This document shows positions 60,077 to 64,000 of a stretch of DNA of 64,000 nt, piece after piece. Below the pieces are notes generated by a model. The model ran no database searches. It saw nothing but the letters and a program-made list of their open reading frames with translations, and was not told the origin of the DNA. Made by a program: the position numbers and the translations under genes. Position 1 is the first letter of the stretch; each line of letters begins with the position of its first letter. This stretch comes from a bacterium (GTDB lineage: Bacteria; Electryoneota; Electryoneia; Electryoneales; Electryoneaceae), in NCBI GenBank assembly GCA_963675295.2, contig CAXXKJ010000002.1:3008001-3072000 (forward strand), in the 5' to 3' direction.

Positions 60077-62431
60077 CTATCTGACCAGCATCAGCTTTCG
60101 CATCGTATCCATCTGCCCCGGCACACTGGCCCGGACGAAATACAATCCACTCGCCAGATGTGACGCGTCGAACGTGAAGTCGTGCGTCCCGGCGGACACC
60201 TGCCCATTCGCCAGCTCAGCGACCTGCTGCCCGGCGATGTTGTAGACCGTTACGCTAAGCTCGGACGCTTCCGGCAGGTTCACAGTGATCGTCGTCGCGG
60301 CGTTAAATGGGTTGGGATACACGGTTTGAATCCCGAACTCGTTGGGTAGATTCTCGGCATCGGTGTCAGCCAACGGATCGGAGACGGCGGAGTTAAGGGC
60401 CTCGTTGTCCGGCCTGACACGAACGTTGTCGATGGCAAACCAGCACCAGCCGGCGTCATCGAGTCCCTGTCTGGCGCGGAAACTGAGGTACAGCGTATCT
60501 CCGTAGATCTGGAGCGGAAGCAGCAGCCGGGACTCGTGTACCGGTCCCATGGTCTCGCGGTAGATCACCTCTTCGTACCATGGACCGTTCGGCGTGAACC
60601 CGTAGTACACTTCTCCCCTTCCGTTGTTCCAGGCCCGGTCTTCGAAGAACATGAAGTCGTACTCAAACCAGACAGTGGTCAAGCCTGAGATATCAATCGG
60701 CGGGCTCACCAGATAACATCCGGGCGGGCCTGTCTCACAGACATACGGAGACGGTGCCTGCGGATCATCATCGACCCAGTTCCACGTGTTGCTGGCAGCC
60801 GTTGAGGATACCGTCCATGTCCGATGGAACGTGTCGTTGAAGTCGTCAAAGAATCGGTCGTCCGTGTCGGTCCACAGCAAGCCTGCCGGTTCACTGAAGT
60901 TGATCCCGTTCTCACCGAAGAATGCGATCACGCGGTAATCGTAGTAGCCCATTTCCGGGAGTTGATCGGCGATGGATGTGCTGTTCGTCGCAGTCAGGAA
61001 CTGGTTGTTGCGAAAGACACGGTACTCGGTGAACTCGTCCAGCTCACCGCCGAAGGAGGTGTTCCCAGCCTCCCAGCTGACGGTGACGTTGCCGTTGCCA
61101 TCGTGGTCAATCGTCAACTCGCTCGGTGCCGGCCACGCGACGACAACCGGATCGGCAATGGTTCTGTATTCATCGGTCGCCAGCGCGACGACGTGGTAGG
61201 TGTACTTGTCCATCGCCGGAAGCTGATCGACGAACTGGCGGTCGGTGGTCGTGCCCAACAATGTGCGGTCACGATAGACCCGGAATTCGATCAAATTTTC
61301 GCCACCCCCCATCCAGGTCAGGGTGACTTGCCCATCATTGCTCAGGTCAGCGGTTACGGCGGACACATTCGGCTGTTCAAACCAACTCACCCAGTCGTCC
61401 GAGACCGCAACGACATCCTTGAGACCGTCTCCATCGATATCGCCGACAGCCATCGCGAGCGGATTGGCAGAGGTGAAGACGCGCACCGGAAACTGGGTGA
61501 AACTGGCATCACCCCCGTTCCTGAACAGAGTAATCTGACCAGGTCGATAGGTTTCACCGCAGACATCCACGTCGCCGTCACCGTCCATATCGGACACGGT
61601 CATATCCGCGATCCATGTCCTGGAATCAATCACATTGGGAACTGCATACGTCATTGCGCCAAGATTTTCGAAAACGGCGAGTTGCCGATGATTATCCAAG
61701 TCACCACCGGCGACGATGTCCAGATCACCGTCACCGTCCGTATCCGCAGGGATGGTGAAACCCCATTCGGTGGGTTTAAGCCCGAGGTAGTGCCACTCAA
61801 AGTTCTGATTGCCGTCATTCTCATGCCAGCGTGTCATGCCGGTTTGCCCCGGACCAGTCGGCTGGAGAATATCCATATCGCCATCCTCGTCAAGGTCTAC
61901 GATATGCAGCGGACCGACTCTGGATGTCGGGTATATTTCGTGCTCCTGGAACTCCAGCGAACCGAGATTTTCATACCAGTACAATTCTGTCCGTCCAGCC
62001 GCGATATCGATATCGCCGTCGCTGTCAAGGTCGCCGAATGTCAGGTACTGGTAGCTTCCATCCCCGATCTGAACGTATTGGAACGTGCCGTCGCCCAGAT
62101 TCTCACGTATCCACAAGTTGTACGGATTCGAGCTGTAGCCTTCGAGCCCGGCGACGTCGATATCTCCGTCCCCATCCAGATCAGCGCATTTGAAACGGAC
62201 CAGTTCGAACCATTCGAAGGCTTGCGGGAAGTTGCCGGCGCCATCGTTCTGCCACCAGAAGTCATGGCCGACAACATCAAGATCACCGTCACCGTCAAGA
62301 TCGGCCAGTTCGATGTCGTAGCCGCCGCCATGAGGATTGTCAACATCATGGCGTTCCCAGAACGCATGCGTGGTCGTCGGCAGCAGGGAAAAAACAAGGA
62401 GCAACGAAAGGACAGCGGAAAGCGTCTTCAT
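60077..62431 (-). CDS. T9SS-CTD secreted protein, tandem paralog of 57668-60013
   Basis: Same architecture; shared WERH, DQLPAMD, GGELDEF, DFNDTFHRTWTV, GPPGC and a near-identical CTD. Confidence 0.88.
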   Translation of the reverse strand: MKTLSAVLSLLLVFSLLPTTTHAFWERHDVDNPHGGGYDIELADLDGDGDLDVVGHDFWWQNDGAGNFPQAFEWFELVRFKCADLDGDGDIDVAGLEGYSSNPYNLWIRENLGDGTFQYVQIGDGSYQYLTFGDLDSDGDIDIAAGRTELYWYENLGSLEFQEHEIYPTSRVGPLHIVDLDEDGDMDILQPTGPGQTGMTRWHENDGNQNFEWHYLGLKPTEWGFTIPADTDGDGDLDIVAGGDLDNHRQLAVFENLGAMTYAVPNVIDSRTWIADMTVSDMDGDGDVDVCGETYRPGQITLFRNGGDASFTQFPVRVFTSANPLAMAVGDIDGDGLKDVVAVSDDWVSWFEQPNVSAVTADLSNDGQVTLTWMGGGENLIEFRVYRDRTLLGTTTDRQFVDQLPAMDKYTYHVVALATDEYRTIADPVVVAWPAPSELTIDHDGNGNVTVSWEAGNTSFGGELDEFTEYRVFRNNQFLTATNSTSIADQLPEMGYYDYRVIAFFGENGINFSEPAGLLWTDTDDRFFDDFNDTFHRTWTVSSTAASNTWNWVDDDPQAPSPYVCETGPPGCYLVSPPIDISGLTTVWFEYDFMFFEDRAWNNGRGEVYYGFTPNGPWYEEVIYRETMGPVHESRLLLPLQIYGDTLYLSFRARQGLDDAGWCWFAIDNVRVRPDNEALNSAVSDPLADTDAENLPNEFGIQTVYPNPFNAATTITVNLPEASELSVTVYNIAGQQVAELANGQVSAGTHDFTFDASHLASGLYFVRASVPGQMDTMRKLMLVR

Positions 62432-62583
62432 GATATCCCCCGATATCGGTGATAGACTGGTCGTCAATTGGCGTGCACGTGCGCGCGTGCAGATCAGCTA
62501 TGCATTCTGGAGCATAGCCCGAAGTGTCCCAGCATTGCAAGACAAACCGGCGAATTTGCGGAATTCGTGCCAACACATAGAGA

Positions 62584-62607
62584 AGCCCGGAAACCTCGTT
62601 CCGGGCT
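62584..62607 (-). terminator. Probable terminator hairpin
   Basis: AGCCCGGAA/TTCCGGGCT, shortly after the stop at 62633. Confidence 0.55.
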
Positions 62608-62632
62608 CGGATCATGCATCGTGAGCTGGTTG

Positions 62633-64000
62633 CTACCGGATCAGGACGAGTTTCCGCAGCTGTTGGACCCCGCCAGCCATCTCCGCCCGGACGAAATACA
62701 ACCCGCTCGCGAGCTGGGATGCATCGAACGTGAAGTCGTGCGTCCCGGCGGACAGCGACCCGTTCGCCAGCTCGGCGACCTGCTGCCCGGCGATGTTGTA
62801 CACCGTCACCTGCAGCTGGGACGTTTCCGGCACGTTCACGGTGATGGTCGTTGAAGCGTTGAAGGGGTTCGGGTAGACCGCGTTGATCACGAATTCACGC
62901 GGGAGTGACTTCTCAATGGCGCTGCCTGCTGTTTCAGCGAGGTCACTACCGTGAGTCGCGGCCGCGATCAGCGGTGCCGCGTTGGTGCTCCACTCCCCTG
63001 TTCCCCGCACGACTTCCCCGTTCCCGGCGGTAACCGTAAACGGGAACGAGCCGCTTCCGGCGGCGTGCTGCAGGTTCGGACCGGCGTTCAGGGTCCAGAG
63101 ATAGTCGCCGACCGGCGCGAATGCGGGCACATCCTGCTCGATGCCGTTCACGTTGATCTCCATCCCCGGTGTGAACAGGAACTGCACGCTGAATACCGGC
63201 CCGTACACGTTGCCGTTGGGCAGTGTCGCGGTGGTCCAGACATAGCCGAGCGACGGCTGCGTGGTGTTCACGGACAAGGCCAGATCGTACTCGAAGGAAC
63301 CGCCACGCGGCACGATGGTCGGCGTTGAGGCAGGAAACAGCTCGATCTGGATCGGATCATTGGCGTGCGATTCGGTCTGAGTCCAGACTGTCAGCTGGTT
63401 CGTGATCGATGCGGTCCCGGCGATATCGAGGCTGCCATCGCCGTTGAGGTCGGACGCATACGCCCAGCTCGCGCCTTCGTAGCACGTATCCAGCCGGTAC
63501 TGGGCCCAGGTGGACCCGTCGCCGTTCACGTTCGCCCACCACGTGATGTCGTCGGCGTAGACTGCGGACCCGTACAGGTCAAGGTCGCCGTCGTTGTCGA
63601 TGTCGGCCATGTTGATGCAGTTCGCGCCATCCAACACGGTGTCCACGAACCCGGCGGACCAGCTCGTGCCGGACCCGTCCGTATTCTCCCACCACATCAC
63701 CTGGTCGGCGAGGTTCAGGGTGCCGGCGACGTCGAGGTCTCCGTCGTTGTCGAGGTCACCCGCCACAACGCCGAACGCACCATTGATCCCGCTCGCGACG
63801 CCGTGCTCGGTCCAGTTCAGACCGGTTCCGGCAGTGTTTTCCCACCAGTTGATCTCATCGGCGAGGAAGGCGGCGGCGAGGACATCCACGTCGCCGTCAT
63901 TGTCCATATCGACGAGATCGACCGTGCGTGCGCCGGCGACATTCACGGCGACGCTGTGTTCTGCCCAGTTGCCACCCGTGCCGTTGACATTTTCCCACCA
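62633..64000 (-). CDS. T9SS-CTD FG-GAP-repeat protein (5' end outside the window)
   Basis: D.D.DGD.D...WWEN..G.G..W repeats, a pre-CTD domain and a YPNPFN CTD; frame open to the window edge. Confidence 0.85.
   Translation of the reverse strand, partial: WWENVNGTGGNWAEHSVAVNVAGARTVDLVDMDNDGDVDVLAAAFLADEINWWENTAGTGLNWTEHGVASGINGAFGVVAGDLDNDGDLDVAGTLNLADQVMWWENTDGSGTSWSAGFVDTVLDGANCINMADIDNDGDLDLYGSAVYADDITWWANVNGDGSTWAQYRLDTCYEGASWAYASDLNGDGSLDIAGTASITNQLTVWTQTESHANDPIQIELFPASTPTIVPRGGSFEYDLALSVNTTQPSLGYVWTTATLPNGNVYGPVFSVQFLFTPGMEINVNGIEQDVPAFAPVGDYLWTLNAGPNLQHAAGSGSFPFTVTAGNGEVVRGTGEWSTNAAPLIAAATHGSDLAETAGSAIEKSLPREFVINAVYPNPFNASTTITVNVPETSQLQVTVYNIAGQQVAELANGSLSAGTHDFTFDASQLASGLYFVRAEMAGGVQQLRKLVLIR

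Noticed and set aside
48770-60250. Near-identical CTD segments as a DGR template/variable repeat pair
   Set aside because: Mismatches are few and not adenine-specific, all copies lie within coding 3' ends, and no reverse transcriptase is present in the window.

Overview
A GC-rich chromosomal window from a diderm bacterium, most likely in the FCB superphylum. That placement is inferred from a PorZ-like protein and many Por/T9SS C-terminal sorting domains. Positions 1-46.6 kb are mostly housekeeping genes: nadE, an alginate-export-type porin, O-antigen ligase, GT4, tatBC, purQS-pssA-psd-purCB, htrA, transaldolase, truA, ecfT, porZ-like, an FMN-riboswitch rib operon, rluB, SpoIID, lysC-dapB-dapA-glnB-ychF, rplS-trmD-rimM-rpsP-ffh, split hldE genes around tRNA-Val(CAC), a lipid A acyltransferase and a TPR protein. 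Positions 46.8-64 kb hold a tandem array of at least eight secreted modular proteins. They have diverse N-terminal passengers (LVIVD, FG-GAP, Fn3, jelly-roll), a shared pre-CTD domain I could not name, and near-identical CTD-coding DNA. Two of them carry single-base frameshifts. Intergenic DNA holds several dispersed repeat families: 7-mer tandem arrays, a 28-34 bp palindrome, GTCATTCTG-bounded elements, and a GTGCCC...GGGCAC two-hairpin element showing covariation. Two apparent pseudoenzymes (DLH-like and HD-GYP-like) and a small secreted Cys-rich protein also stand out. No transposase, integrase, reverse transcriptase or CRISPR array was seen. All family calls come from motif recognition by eye, not database searches.
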